Virus record (IMG/VR): IMGVR_UViG_3300033555_000001
Location: 96,001-160,000 of that record
DNA length: 64,000 nt
Origin: a virus
Lineage: Duplodnaviria; Caudoviricetes
Reading direction: 5' to 3' (one strand)
Under the pieces are notes generated by a model. That model was not told the origin of the DNA, did no database searches, and saw nothing but the letters and a program-made list of their open reading frames with translations. Both the position numbers and the translations under genes were made by a program. Below are positions 54,003-64,000 of the stretch, in pieces (within the stretch, counting starts at the first letter, position 1; every line of letters begins with the position of its first letter).

Positions 54003-57000
54003 TTACTCGTAAGATGGAGCAATTGGCGCAGATCGCACCACTTTAATCGAATATGCGCTCAGTCTAGATGTCTTAAAAATATCTGTCATTTCATACTGAG
54101 CAGCGCAAATATCATTTAGGACGGCAAAAAATAGCTCATTAATCTGAGAAGGTTTTGCGGTGTTCCAGATCCGTGACATTGTATTGCGAGTATTTTCTGC
54201 CGAACTGAACAGACTGTCGCTTTTACTAAAATCCAAAAATGTCATGTAATCCGGCATTTGAAACGCACCACTGTCATCAACCAGTGCTGTATTTAGGACC
54301 GTGAACAGAAGTGTTGATTTGACCAACTCGCTCGGCGCTAGAACCTGGTCGGAACCAAATCCAAACTGCGTGCGCGTACCATTTCTTTCGTCGTACGAGG
54401 CCCGGCGAGGAGATGGCAAAATATTACCAGCAGCGTCGGCACCACACGCGGTGTTTACCATTTTATCCCACAGTGCCTCAGGAATACGAGTTCTTTGTCC
54501 CGGTCTAATTAGCGCCCACTCAACGTGCGTATTTTTAAGATCCAGTTCCTGTGAGTCGTCTCTGAGTGTAAAGTTTCGCGTAAAGCGCAGCTTAAACGTG
54601 TCATCTTTGGTAACAACATATGACAAACCAGAAATTGTAATTGCGTCGTAACTGTACGGATTGCTCGCAGAGCCAGTTCCACCAAAATTTTGAAAGGTCA
54701 AATAATTAGATGGGCCAGTTATAAGCAACTGAGTAACAGCTCGAATCGACAGTTTCTTTCTGCGAGCCTGTGTTGAGCGATTTTTAACCCAGAAGAAATA
54801 CTTAGTGCGCGTGATTTGACCTTCGCTGTCACGTACTGGTACCGCAACGTACTGATAGTCAATTTTATACTGGCTTTGAATCAACAACACATCGTTGACT
54901 TCCGGATCAAAATCCAGCTCAGACTGCAGTGGAGCATAGGGCCTAATAATAACTACAACCTCTGATCCAAATGCTACAGACTGCACTGTTAGTGCAGTGC
55001 CAACAAGGGTGAATGTGCCGCTTAGCTGCGCAGCGCCGTTTACGTAAACAGAGATTAAATCTTTTGTAGTGCCGGCCGGAACAGCGAGGCCCGCAAAGCC
55101 CATTGTTGTTGCAGTAGTGCGGAGCACTGTGCTCTCAAGCTCAGCCCAAGCGCCCCACGTAGTTTGATAAGCGCCGGGTGAGGTACCATCATTAAGACTG
55201 AGCGCAGCGTTATTAGTGGCAAGTTTAATTAATTCTATTGTTGGCTCAACAGAAACAAATGCGCCTGGATAAGGCAGCCATGAGTTATTTGGTACTTTGG
55301 TATCAGCGTCAAGCTCGTCTTGGGATGGGACAGACCACGCTCTCCAACCAACCCCGTTGTTAATCACATTCGCTGGATCGGTTGGATCATTGCTGAGAAT
55401 CAACCCATCGCCCACTAATCCGGAGGGGTCTGACAGCGGTACCAGTGTTAACACTTGCACTGCGTCAAGTAACTCTACTGAACTTCTTAAAGCGTCAACA
55501 ATGGTATCAACCAATATTTCCGGGCCGTACACGTTATTTTCTGTTACCCGCACTGAAATAGAGAGGCCAAACTCAAGGAGCGGCACAACAAGTACTTGAT
55601 CAGCAAAAACTTGAAGCTCATCATTTATTGTTTCTTGAACTGCAGGTATTAAATTTTCTCCGGCGATTGAGGTGCCGAGCAAATCAAAATCATTAAGATC
55701 TGCAAATAGTGCTGAATTTCCAATGCTTACTGTTGAATCAGCCCCGCTTGTTCCAGAAATAATTATAATGCGGTTTTGATCAAGTTTTGCTGGGGCACCG
55801 GGGAACTGGGAATTAATCACGGAGATTAATTCACCAAATGTTTGCGCTTCATCGCCAGTAAATGTTACCGTAAGTGCTGTGCCGTCTAGCGTAATTACTA
55901 GAGAATACACTGTAACTGTGGCTGGATCTGTAGACAACCGCAGCCCGGTTTTACTGGCTTCAGTTTTAGTGGATCCAAAATTAATTGCTTGATAGCCGCG
56001 CGTTGCCGCAACAGCTGGTTTAGCCAGCACACCAGTAACCCGTGAACTATTAACTAACTGCACGGTGCTCTTACCAGAAGATACCTCAACGGCTCTTAGA
56101 TAAGTAGAAACGGTCCACATGTTTATAGGCTCACCCGCATCATTACGCTCCTGCACGCGTTGGGTTGGCTCTTTAATAAACAGCAACTCACCTACAACAT
56201 CAGTATTTCCAACTGATTCTATGGATACCACGCCCAGTGGCTGATCTAGATCAGGGTTGTTAAGCGATATAAATTTAGAGAATCCGTCAAGCACTAAAAA
56301 CTCAGACAGCGGACGAGTATGACTGTCATCTTGCTGCCACGCGCCAAGCCTCATCCCCGCAGAAATTCCCAAAATTTTAAACGTTGAACTTTCAAGAACC
56401 GCCGTAAGTGTTTCTTCTTTTTCTACCAGGGTCAAATTAGAGAAGAACGAACCATTAAATGCTGGGTGAGCAGCCTGGATGGCAACACCAGCGTGGCTCC
56501 AAGCCACTGGTCTAGTTTGCCAGATTCGTGTTCTGCTGTAGGTTTTTGCGCCATACACTTGGCCATCAGCCCGTGTTAAGACATCAAGATCAGCGTTACC
56601 AGAATCAACAAGCGCAAGTGCGTCGTACTCAGTTGGTGGTACACGACTTTCAATCCATTCAACTACATCAACGGTTGAAAAGTCCGCAAGCGTTCCCCAA
56701 CGACTAAGTCGCTCGTCAATTGAGCCATAAATCTTATCGTCCGAATAAGGAGTGTACTCCAAATTTGTGGTATCCCACCACACGCGGCCCAGCTCTTTTG
56801 TACCCCACGTGCGGAGCGGATCAAAATTAGAGTTTCCAACAACCTGTGTTGACACGTTATAACGCGCAGGGTCGATGTCTGAAATAATGTTAATGCTCTC
56901 AAGAGCAGTTGGGGTGTGCTGACCAATCAGCGGGTGCCACTGCGGAATCTCTTCAATGAGCTCTGCATCCACATAGTTAAACAATTTAATCGGATTAAAC

Positions 57001-60000
57001 TTAGGTGTAGCTGGGCCATAGCCGGTTACTGACACGGTTCCTGGTTGCAGCACATACAGTGTTCGATCATTTATAATCTGCGCACCACTTAAATCAACAA
57101 GCTCATCAGCCACAAATGGCAGAGTTACCTGCAATGGGTAAATTATTGCTGCACCCCGTGCGTCAAACTCTGTAAATTCGTGAATGTAAGTTCCAACAAC
57201 TTGTGCCTCAAATGCTGTTTCACCATCAAGATCGTCAAGCGTAAACCACCGCCCTTCATCTCCTCGCAGGATAGTTTTAAAGCCAAAATTCTGCAAAGTG
57301 TTAGAGTCAAATTGGAACTTAGTAAACTGCTGCAGCGTATCGCTTACCAGTACTTTTAGCTCTGGGAATACGCGCGAGCGTGAATCACCATACTCGGCTA
57401 CTTTGTAGGCCCAGTACTCGTCAATCTTAGCATCTTCAAATCTGTCATTATTAAGAAAGGCGTCAATGGAAGAGTTAGTTCCCTTCATTTGCACCAGTCC
57501 ACGCCAGAAATTAAACTGCGTTCTCTCCGTGATGTCCAAGTCGTCCATGTATTTTTTAGGAGAAAAACCAAGCAGCGCCAGTGCGTGACGCGTTGAGGTT
57601 TCATCTTCAAACACATGATCTGCATCATAGTAATGCGCAATTTTATCCGTGCTGGCCTGCAAGTTTTGCTTGACCTCATCACCTACCAGATAGTGACCGC
57701 CAAACTCTGGACGCAGCGTTTGTGCTGCTTGGCGTCGGCCATTAAGCTTAATGGTGCTGATTCTGGCGCCACTAAACGGATCATAAATCAAACCCTCGTT
57801 TGTTGATGGCGAGGTTAGATTGTTGAACACAAACAAGTGCTCGTATTCATCAACCTGCGCGTGCACGCTGAACATTGGAATGCTGGATCCAATCTGCGAT
57901 TTACCGCGCGACCTTAAAATGGTAAGATCAGTAGTGTTGATTTTTGCGCCAAGCGTGTCAAATACACCAGGGTGACCGGTAATATCAAACAGCGAGCTGT
58001 CAAAAAACTTGCTTAACAGCCCAACATCTTGGTCTAGCCAAACGCGATCCATAAATGGATTAATGACATGACCCTGACCAAGCTGGATGCCGGCATAGAC
58101 GCGATCTACTAATTTTTCTACTTCGAGCTGCCAATTTCTAGTTCTGCCAGTTCCAGCATCAATGTTAGAGCTGAGCCCATCACTAAATCTCCAGCCTTCT
58201 TTTTCGCGCAGCTGTGCATAACCAAACAGGAAATTTAACACGTTCTGCAAGCCAGTAATTGTAAGCGGAAGCTGTGTCACCACCGGTGTGGACAATTCTG
58301 TGGTTGGTTGGTACCACGGCAGAGCGGTGTGTTCTCCGTTAAGAGCCGTAAAGGAAACTCGGTCTCCTGCTGTGTCAAAGGCGCTGAACGATACCTCTAA
58401 AAATCTGGCGTTATAACCATCAACTCTAAAGACCCAATCACTGGCGTCTCCAGCTGGTACAAAGCCTGATACAGTTGCGGCGTTGCTGGATCCAATTTGA
58501 ACCACTGAGACTCGCAGACCCTGCAGCCACAGGTCGCGTGCGTACGGCGACCGCTTAAACCGCAGTGCAAATGCGCTCTCTGGCAGGGATTCTACATCGT
58601 TAAAAACACGCAAATCATCAGTGCTGACTAGCCCACCTGCACGATAGCCAAGATTAACGTCCCAGCCACGGTAGGCCTGAATTGCATAGCCCTGCGTTGT
58701 ATCAATTGAGCCTTCACGCAGTGCATGCGAAAACACCTGCCCAAAACCTAAGATTTGGTTGTGCGTTGCTGGCTCAAATATTACAACTGGCAGGCCAGCA
58801 GTAACGGTCACGCTGAACTTGTCGCCAATTCTAAATGGTTTGCCGCCATCATTAATTACTGCGTCTGCAATGCTGAATCCTTGGCCAGACACTGTGTTAC
58901 CTGCTCCAACGCGCAGGTATCCAACTATTACGCCTTTAGCCGCGACGCTAAATGACTGCGCCCGATCAGCAGTATAACCGTCATGTGTAATACTAAATGT
59001 GGTTCCAGCGAGTCCAGTTACTGAGCTAAAGAGAAACTCAGGCGTGCGTGCAACAGCCGCTATTGGATCGCCGTGCAGCTTAAATCGGCGATGACCAGGC
59101 ACTGCCATATCAAAGCTGTCATACAGAATGCCATCTACTTCTACCCACTTAAATCCCCACAGGTGACCTAAAAATCCCATTGGGTCAGCTCTAAAGAGCG
59201 CACGAGCCAGCGAATATCTAAATTCAACTGACTTTGTCCACACTGTTTCAACAGGTGAACCCTCGCCAAATACATACGCGCGTGTTGGAGCAGGTGGCAG
59301 CGTGGTAGTAAGAGCGTTAGTACTGTACGCAAATCCTGAATTTACATAGGGTGGCAGCAGCATATCACGGTTAGTGTCTACCGATAATTTTAATCCTGGC
59401 CGAGCAGCCTGAATGTCTGTCCACATTGTGCTCTTCCACGAGCGGGCTTGCGTGAATACCACCGGGCTTGTATTTAAATTTGGTGCATCAGCGCGCAGTA
59501 CCCACTCAGTTCCAGCAAATGATTCGCCATCCGTAATTTGAATTACTAATTTTTCTACAAGCGCGGTACCGGCTCTGGCCCAACCATGTGACGCCACTGT
59601 CCACAGCCCGTTGTTTGCTGGGGATGCTTCGCTTACTAACAACACGGTTTGTCCAGCAGAGAGTTGGCGGCCGTCAACTACCGGTAAACCGCTCAGTATA
59701 GTATTGGTTTGAACCGCGCTAAACAGCACAACACGCGCAGTTTGACCGGTAATATATCCGTTTGCTGGTGCGTCAATCATGTCAAGCGTGATTTCGGCAG
59801 CATAGCTAGAATCCCAGGCTGGTGGTTTGGTTTCAAAACCCAACAGTCTCCATGGATCCAGATTTGGGCGAGCCGTTTTTAGGACGCCAGGAATAGTTTG
59901 TTGGTGCGCAGTAAGTGCGTTAAACCACCGGGCTGGCAAACCAGCAGAACTGTAGTTCCAAGTAAAAGCGTCAGTGTTTACATAGTCCGGTGCAGTTGGG

Positions 60001-62978
60001 TCATAGCCGTTTGCTGCTGCCCAGACTGCAAGTTCGCGTTGGAGCTGTGCGCGAAGTGGACCGGTGAGCGCAGTACTTATATCAGTTTCTGAAAAATAGT
60101 ACCGTGCTTCACTGTTAATTCCATTAAACAGCCGCGTCTCAATCTCCATGATCACGCTGTTTAGCAGGCTAGCCGGATTAATTGATATAAACGCGCCGGT
60201 TAAATTAGGTTGCGCAATCCACAGTGCACCGTCCCACATTGAAAGAATATTAGAACCGCGGTTGTACCAGTAATCGCCGATTGCGGTTGCGACTGGTGAG
60301 GCACGCTCATCGCTGATTACGTTGAACACGCGCAGGTCGCTGCCGTTAAACCAAAGCTCGCCCTTAAATGGTTGCGCTGGCGGGGTCTCAGTAAATGAGC
60401 CAACGGCCGGAGTAAATGTACCGTCTGATCGCTTTACTAGAGTTCCTGGCAGGAGCAACCGATCTCTGAACTCTGATGTAAACTGATAGAGCGGTGTGAG
60501 GTGGCCGTCATGGTTGCGCAACAGTGAAACACCAAGCTCGTTGTCAAAAATAACGGCGGGCTGAACCAGCGCACTTACGCCAAGCTGTGGCAGCGTTGCT
60601 GGAAATCCAATTACAGGTGATGTTGAATCATAGAGCACGGAGCGTACATCACCGTCTCTCAGCCGCTGGTTTAATAAAAAGTCCGTGAGCTCTGTTGCTG
60701 ATGGATTAGCAGTATTTGCGCTCAGAAAATTTACAAACTCTTGGGTGAATAAATCAGCAATTGAATTTGTAGCCGTTTCGTACTGACGCTGTGCCAGGTC
60801 AACAACAGACACTGGGGTCAAGTCACGCTGCATAAGCAATGAAGCTAACAAGTTTTGCTGTTCTGACCACAGCTTAATTGCGCCGCCAAATGCACGGTTT
60901 TGTGCGGTACCCGGTAATTGGTTAGTCAGTATGCTGCGGAAGTGCGAGTACAGGGTGCCTTCAGGAATTTCAGCGCCGTTATCAGCAGCCACGTTCGCAT
61001 AGAACATGCGCGGAACCTGCCACGCACCAATTCCTGCAACATCAGCCACTGGGCCGCCAAAAAAGTCAAATATGGCCTCGTCCTCATCTCGGTACACATA
61101 TCTGGCACTTTCAAAGGCGCCTACACTAATTGTAAAGACATCACCTGGGGTGAACGGGGTGGATCCTGCGGTGATGCTGACGTTAAGCTCGCCATTAGAA
61201 TACGGCACGCCAACTGCTGCCGTACTAAATTCGGCTGGCAGTACTTTAAGCTTAGATCCCTCAACAGCAAAGGTAGTTCCCGTAAGTGCAGTAAGAGTCC
61301 AAATTTGCTGCTGCGCAAATGGATTGCCCGCCGTTACTACTAGGCTGCCAGTTCCATCGCCCGCAAATTGCTGCTCTATTACTGCAGCGGTGCCATAACC
61401 TGGGTGCCAGATGGTATGCAGTGCGGCGTCTGTTGTTCGGTAGAACAGGAGAGAATTATCGCCCTCCGCTAATCCATGCGCAAACAAAAAGTCAGCGCTT
61501 TGATTTGAAGCCTGTGCCAGCCTGCGCTGTAGAGCCGGATCAATTGCTGCAGTAGGATCTTCAGCGTAAAAGAATATTGCTGAAACTTTACCAGCGTGCG
61601 TGCCGTTGTAGCGGTACAGGTTAAACAGTGGTGCTTGATTAAATTCAGTTTTGCTCTGTCTGTACGTGGTGCCGGTGGCCGATGGCGCACCATCTTTAAA
61701 TGTAGAGTTAAGTTCTACATTAGCTTCGTACTGGATAATTGGTCGCACGGCCTGAATGATTTTAGAGCGGTCTAGTCCAAGTCCGTCAAGCTCATCACGG
61801 TGATACCAAAAATTAGCCTCTTGCCAGTCGCTGGTATTGCTGGTAGTATCACCAGTAAGAACCCACTGCTGATTGGCTTCCGAAATATAAGTCTTGCTGG
61901 CATGGGCGTCAAACACACGTGCACCTGCAACAGCCGTTTCTCCGCTGTAATCTCCGGCCCGCGTAAAAGTGCCAGGCTGCACAGTGTAAATCCCGTTTTC
62001 TGCTGAGGCACCCTGGTTTTTCACAAGTACGCGATCACCAGCTTTAACTACAACGCCGCCGATTGTTTGATATGTGTCCAGCGAATCAATTGCGGTAATC
62101 TTGCCCTTTACTCCTGGGCCTACATTTGGTGTTACTGAGTGCACGCTAGAAATAAATGGAGCAGTAATGCTGAACTTATCGCCTGTAACAAATGATTCGT
62201 ACGAGGTAAGAACGCCGCTCTCACTATAAATTGGGTCTCTTACAACCGTAAACTCAAGCAGTACTTTACCGCCTGCCTGGTATTGCACATCAAGCGGGCC
62301 AGTTTCTGGCAGAGCGTATGACTGAACACGCTCAGCAGCCGAAATACCTGGGCCACTTGCAGTAATGGTAAAGTTTTGTGCGTCTAAGAAATCTATAACC
62401 CAAGTTTGCTGGTAAAATCCGGTGCCAGAGAGCACAATCTGGCCAGTGGTTGAGGTTACAACATTTAGTTTATCAGCACCAGAATTTTTTGGCGCTGCAA
62501 TAACATAGTACTCTGGAGAAAGAGTTGGATTCCATGAGAGTGCTGGAGCGCTTGGCAGCCCTTGAGCAACCCAGTAGTAATTAAAGAAGTTAGTAAAGCG
62601 TTCCAGATCAATTGGCGGAGAATAGTTGTTGCTCTGCGAGTACAGCCATGTAGACTGATTCGCCGAAATACCAAGCACTTCAGCCTTGCGAATTAAATCT
62701 TGAACGGTAAAAGAGTGAACTTCGGTACCAACTTTAAACGACAGCACAGGAATAAGCGCGTTAATGTCGCGTTCAGTACTTTGCTGTGGGATCTTTGGAG
62801 TTCTGTCGTCTACTGAAGCTGGCTTGCGGCCAACATAACCGTACAGTGGAACAGCCTCGTCACGCGTAAGAAATCTATTAAAAAGATTGTCTATGAGTGA
62901 AGTGAGCATAGGGTTCCTCAAATTCTGAGGAACAAGTGAAATAAGATCCTGGTGCGGAAGCGTGTAGTCTTTATTCAT
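54003..62978 (-). CDS. Giant baseplate wedge-type structural protein (2991 aa)
   Basis: Uninterrupted ORF in baseplate cluster; repeated beta domains. Confidence 0.8.
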   Translation of the reverse strand: MNKDYTLPHQDLISLVPQNLRNPMLTSLIDNLFNRFLTRDEAVPLYGYVGRKPASVDDRTPKIPQQSTERDINALIPVLSFKVGTEVHSFTVQDLIRKAEVLGISANQSTWLYSQSNNYSPPIDLERFTNFFNYYWVAQGLPSAPALSWNPTLSPEYYVIAAPKNSGADKLNVVTSTTGQIVLSGTGFYQQTWVIDFLDAQNFTITASGPGISAAERVQSYALPETGPLDVQYQAGGKVLLEFTVVRDPIYSESGVLTSYESFVTGDKFSITAPFISSVHSVTPNVGPGVKGKITAIDSLDTYQTIGGVVVKAGDRVLVKNQGASAENGIYTVQPGTFTRAGDYSGETAVAGARVFDAHASKTYISEANQQWVLTGDTTSNTSDWQEANFWYHRDELDGLGLDRSKIIQAVRPIIQYEANVELNSTFKDGAPSATGTTYRQSKTEFNQAPLFNLYRYNGTHAGKVSAIFFYAEDPTAAIDPALQRRLAQASNQSADFLFAHGLAEGDNSLLFYRTTDAALHTIWHPGYGTAAVIEQQFAGDGTGSLVVTAGNPFAQQQIWTLTALTGTTFAVEGSKLKVLPAEFSTAAVGVPYSNGELNVSITAGSTPFTPGDVFTISVGAFESARYVYRDEDEAIFDFFGGPVADVAGIGAWQVPRMFYANVAADNGAEIPEGTLYSHFRSILTNQLPGTAQNRAFGGAIKLWSEQQNLLASLLMQRDLTPVSVVDLAQRQYETATNSIADLFTQEFVNFLSANTANPSATELTDFLLNQRLRDGDVRSVLYDSTSPVIGFPATLPQLGVSALVQPAVIFDNELGVSLLRNHDGHLTPLYQFTSEFRDRLLLPGTLVKRSDGTFTPAVGSFTETPPAQPFKGELWFNGSDLRVFNVISDERASPVATAIGDYWYNRGSNILSMWDGALWIAQPNLTGAFISINPASLLNSVIMEIETRLFNGINSEARYYFSETDISTALTGPLRAQLQRELAVWAAANGYDPTAPDYVNTDAFTWNYSSAGLPARWFNALTAHQQTIPGVLKTARPNLDPWRLLGFETKPPAWDSSYAAEITLDMIDAPANGYITGQTARVVLFSAVQTNTILSGLPVVDGRQLSAGQTVLLVSEASPANNGLWTVASHGWARAGTALVEKLVIQITDGESFAGTEWVLRADAPNLNTSPVVFTQARSWKSTMWTDIQAARPGLKLSVDTNRDMLLPPYVNSGFAYSTNALTTTLPPAPTRAYVFGEGSPVETVWTKSVEFRYSLARALFRADPMGFLGHLWGFKWVEVDGILYDSFDMAVPGHRRFKLHGDPIAAVARTPEFLFSSVTGLAGTTFSITHDGYTADRAQSFSVAAKGVIVGYLRVGAGNTVSGQGFSIADAVINDGGKPFRIGDKFSVTVTAGLPVVIFEPATHNQILGFGQVFSHALREGSIDTTQGYAIQAYRGWDVNLGYRAGGLVSTDDLRVFNDVESLPESAFALRFKRSPYARDLWLQGLRVSVVQIGSSNAATVSGFVPAGDASDWVFRVDGYNARFLEVSFSAFDTAGDRVSFTALNGEHTALPWYQPTTELSTPVVTQLPLTITGLQNVLNFLFGYAQLREKEGWRFSDGLSSNIDAGTGRTRNWQLEVEKLVDRVYAGIQLGQGHVINPFMDRVWLDQDVGLLSKFFDSSLFDITGHPGVFDTLGAKINTTDLTILRSRGKSQIGSSIPMFSVHAQVDEYEHLFVFNNLTSPSTNEGLIYDPFSGARISTIKLNGRRQAAQTLRPEFGGHYLVGDEVKQNLQASTDKIAHYYDADHVFEDETSTRHALALLGFSPKKYMDDLDITERTQFNFWRGLVQMKGTNSSIDAFLNNDRFEDAKIDEYWAYKVAEYGDSRSRVFPELKVLVSDTLQQFTKFQFDSNTLQNFGFKTILRGDEGRWFTLDDLDGETAFEAQVVGTYIHEFTEFDARGAAIIYPLQVTLPFVADELVDLSGAQIINDRTLYVLQPGTVSVTGYGPATPKFNPIKLFNYVDAELIEEIPQWHPLIGQHTPTALESINIISDIDPARYNVSTQVVGNSNFDPLRTWGTKELGRVWWDTTNLEYTPYSDDKIYGSIDERLSRWGTLADFSTVDVVEWIESRVPPTEYDALALVDSGNADLDVLTRADGQVYGAKTYSRTRIWQTRPVAWSHAGVAIQAAHPAFNGSFFSNLTLVEKEETLTAVLESSTFKILGISAGMRLGAWQQDDSHTRPLSEFLVLDGFSKFISLNNPDLDQPLGVVSIESVGNTDVVGELLFIKEPTQRVQERNDAGEPINMWTVSTYLRAVEVSSGKSTVQLVNSSRVTGVLAKPAVAATRGYQAINFGSTKTEASKTGLRLSTDPATVTVYSLVITLDGTALTVTFTGDEAQTFGELISVINSQFPGAPAKLDQNRIIIISGTSGADSTVSIGNSALFADLNDFDLLGTSIAGENLIPAVQETINDELQVFADQVLVVPLLEFGLSISVRVTENNVYGPEILVDTIVDALRSSVELLDAVQVLTLVPLSDPSGLVGDGLILSNDPTDPANVINNGVGWRAWSVPSQDELDADTKVPNNSWLPYPGAFVSVEPTIELIKLATNNAALSLNDGTSPGAYQTTWGAWAELESTVLRTTATTMGFAGLAVPAGTTKDLISVYVNGAAQLSGTFTLVGTALTVQSVAFGSEVVVIIRPYAPLQSELDFDPEVNDVLLIQSQYKIDYQYVAVPVRDSEGQITRTKYFFWVKNRSTQARRKKLSIRAVTQLLITGPSNYLTFQNFGGTGSASNPYSYDAITISGLSYVVTKDDTFKLRFTRNFTLRDDSQELDLKNTHVEWALIRPGQRTRIPEALWDKMVNTACGADAAGNILPSPRRASYDERNGTRTQFGFGSDQVLAPSELVKSTLLFTVLNTALVDDSGAFQMPDYMTFLDFSKSDSLFSSAENTRNTMSRIWNTAKPSQINELFFAVLNDICAAQYEMTDIFKTSRLSAYSIKVVRSAPIAPSYE

Positions 62979-63690
62979 TTATATACCTAAAATTTGGGTG
63001 ATTCTTTCCAGCTATTCCATAACCTAATTCAGCAATTAACAATTTCTGGCTTTCATAAATTTTAATTCCGTCTATTGTACATCTGCGACATAGTGAGGCA
63101 CTAACTTTTTTATAAATTTCTGCTTTAGTTTGTTCAGAAATATTGGCGTTAATTTTTTGTCTAGCCTTAGACATTTTAGCAGAAGTGATAGCTTTTTGCT
63201 CATCTGATCTAGACAACTGAAAATCTGTTTTAATTTCAGACAACTGCTTTATCCACTTTTCACGGGAAGCGGGTGACATTTCTGCCATTGCCGTTTTTAC
63301 TTTTTTAGAGTGACTTTCTTTTTTCCCAGGCTTTTGCCATTCTATTATTTGTAATTTACTCTTTGCGGCTTTTTGCTCCTCGGTCCACTCACCCCTGCCA
63401 CCGCCGCCTGGCGCGCGGTTAAAGAGTGGGCCAGTTTTTAGATCAGCTCTGCCGATCAAATCTATAAGAAATATTTCTAACTCCTGCGCCTGGGATTTTG
63501 ATTGAACTTCAATAATTTTAGGCGCCATCTGAAATCCTTCGACAGTTCTTTTGTCGATTAATCTTCTTAGCCGTGTGCAATGAGTATGTTTAAGATGGTC
63601 AAAAGCTCTCCCTGTTCGCCCTTCGCCTATGTACACAGGCATTTGCGTTTTGGGATCATAATAGATATACGTGCAGTGAGAAAGTTCCAT
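62971..63690 (-). mobile_element. Free-standing GIY-YIG homing endonuclease
   Basis: YIYYDP...YIGEG..RAFDH..E..LI..N; basic NUMOD-like repeats; AT-rich. Confidence 0.8.
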
Positions 63691-63816
63691 GCGTACTTGA
63701 GCCAAGAGGTTACCAGTACGCTATTTAGACTCCGGGCAAAATGTCAAAAAACACAACCCGATACTACATGGCCATATCAGTACAGGCAAGAAGAACCTGT
63801 ACTCCCTCTTTAAATC

Positions 63817-64000
63817 TCATCGCATTTGCCTGATAACCGTTGGAGTAAGAGCTTCAACAATTTCAATGTCGGCCAACTGCGCTGCTGATTGCAAGATTTC
63901 ATCAAAGCCGCACTCAATAGTAAACATGTCGCCAAATGAGTTTGTGCTGTACAGTGGAACCAGGACGGCACTTGCTATTTCAGTTGGCAAGCGGGTGTGC
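63817..64000 (-). CDS. C-terminal end of upstream structural (probable baseplate) gene
   Basis: Open frame HTRLPTEIAS...TVIRQMR* running in from window edge. Confidence 0.6.
   Translation of the reverse strand, partial: HTRLPTEIASAVLVPLYSTNSFGDMFTIECGFDEILQSAAQLADIEIVEALTPTVIRQMR

Noticed and set aside
1-64000. Stop-codon reassignment or alternative genetic code
   Set aside because: Standard-code ORFs tile the window densely and conserved enzymes are uninterrupted
1-64000. tRNA, rRNA or tmRNA genes
   Set aside because: Intergenic gaps are short, and no cloverleaf with T-loop GTTCRA and acceptor stem was recognised by eye; tRNAscan-SE or ARAGORN would be decisive

Overview
Window from a large lytic dsDNA tailed phage (myovirus-type, probably a jumbo phage) of a Gram-negative host (i-/o-spanin pair). 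The gene set resembles T4-superfamily-related jumbo phages; this is from memory of family motifs, and no database search was run. The + strand (1-37 kb) carries accessory genes (MoxR AAA + HExxH/vWA pair, Thg1-like 3'-5' polymerase, P-loop kinase, DEDDh exonuclease, PQ-loop protein, cyclic-phosphate receiver domain, lytic transglycosylase) and a T4-like replisome (family B polymerase, probable clamp, RNase H/FEN, primase, DnaB-like helicase). From 27.6 kb it carries a late-promoter block of probable internal-head proteins: an RNA-ligase-like nucleotidyltransferase, a 1010-aa modular protein, a PD-(D/E)XK nuclease and a degenerate 2OG-Fe(II) protein. The - strand (37-64 kb) is tail/baseplate/lysis: PAAR, permuted papain amidase, M23+GH108 lysin, spanins, a duplicated cassette of small collar-like proteins, a coiled-coil fibre, and 1371-aa and 2991-aa baseplate-type proteins. 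There are three free-standing homing endonucleases and one nuclease-less NUMOD3 gene. No tRNA, rRNA, CRISPR array, intein or stop-codon recoding was recognised. The most unusual signals are (i) an in-frame repeat-cassette array (P-x-MESLT-E repeats separating paralogous passenger domains) in the 1010-aa protein, suggesting a protease-processed payload polyprotein, and (ii) a tail-accessory cassette duplicated around a near-identical ~120-bp terminator+promoter repeat, with an internally deleted mini-gene.
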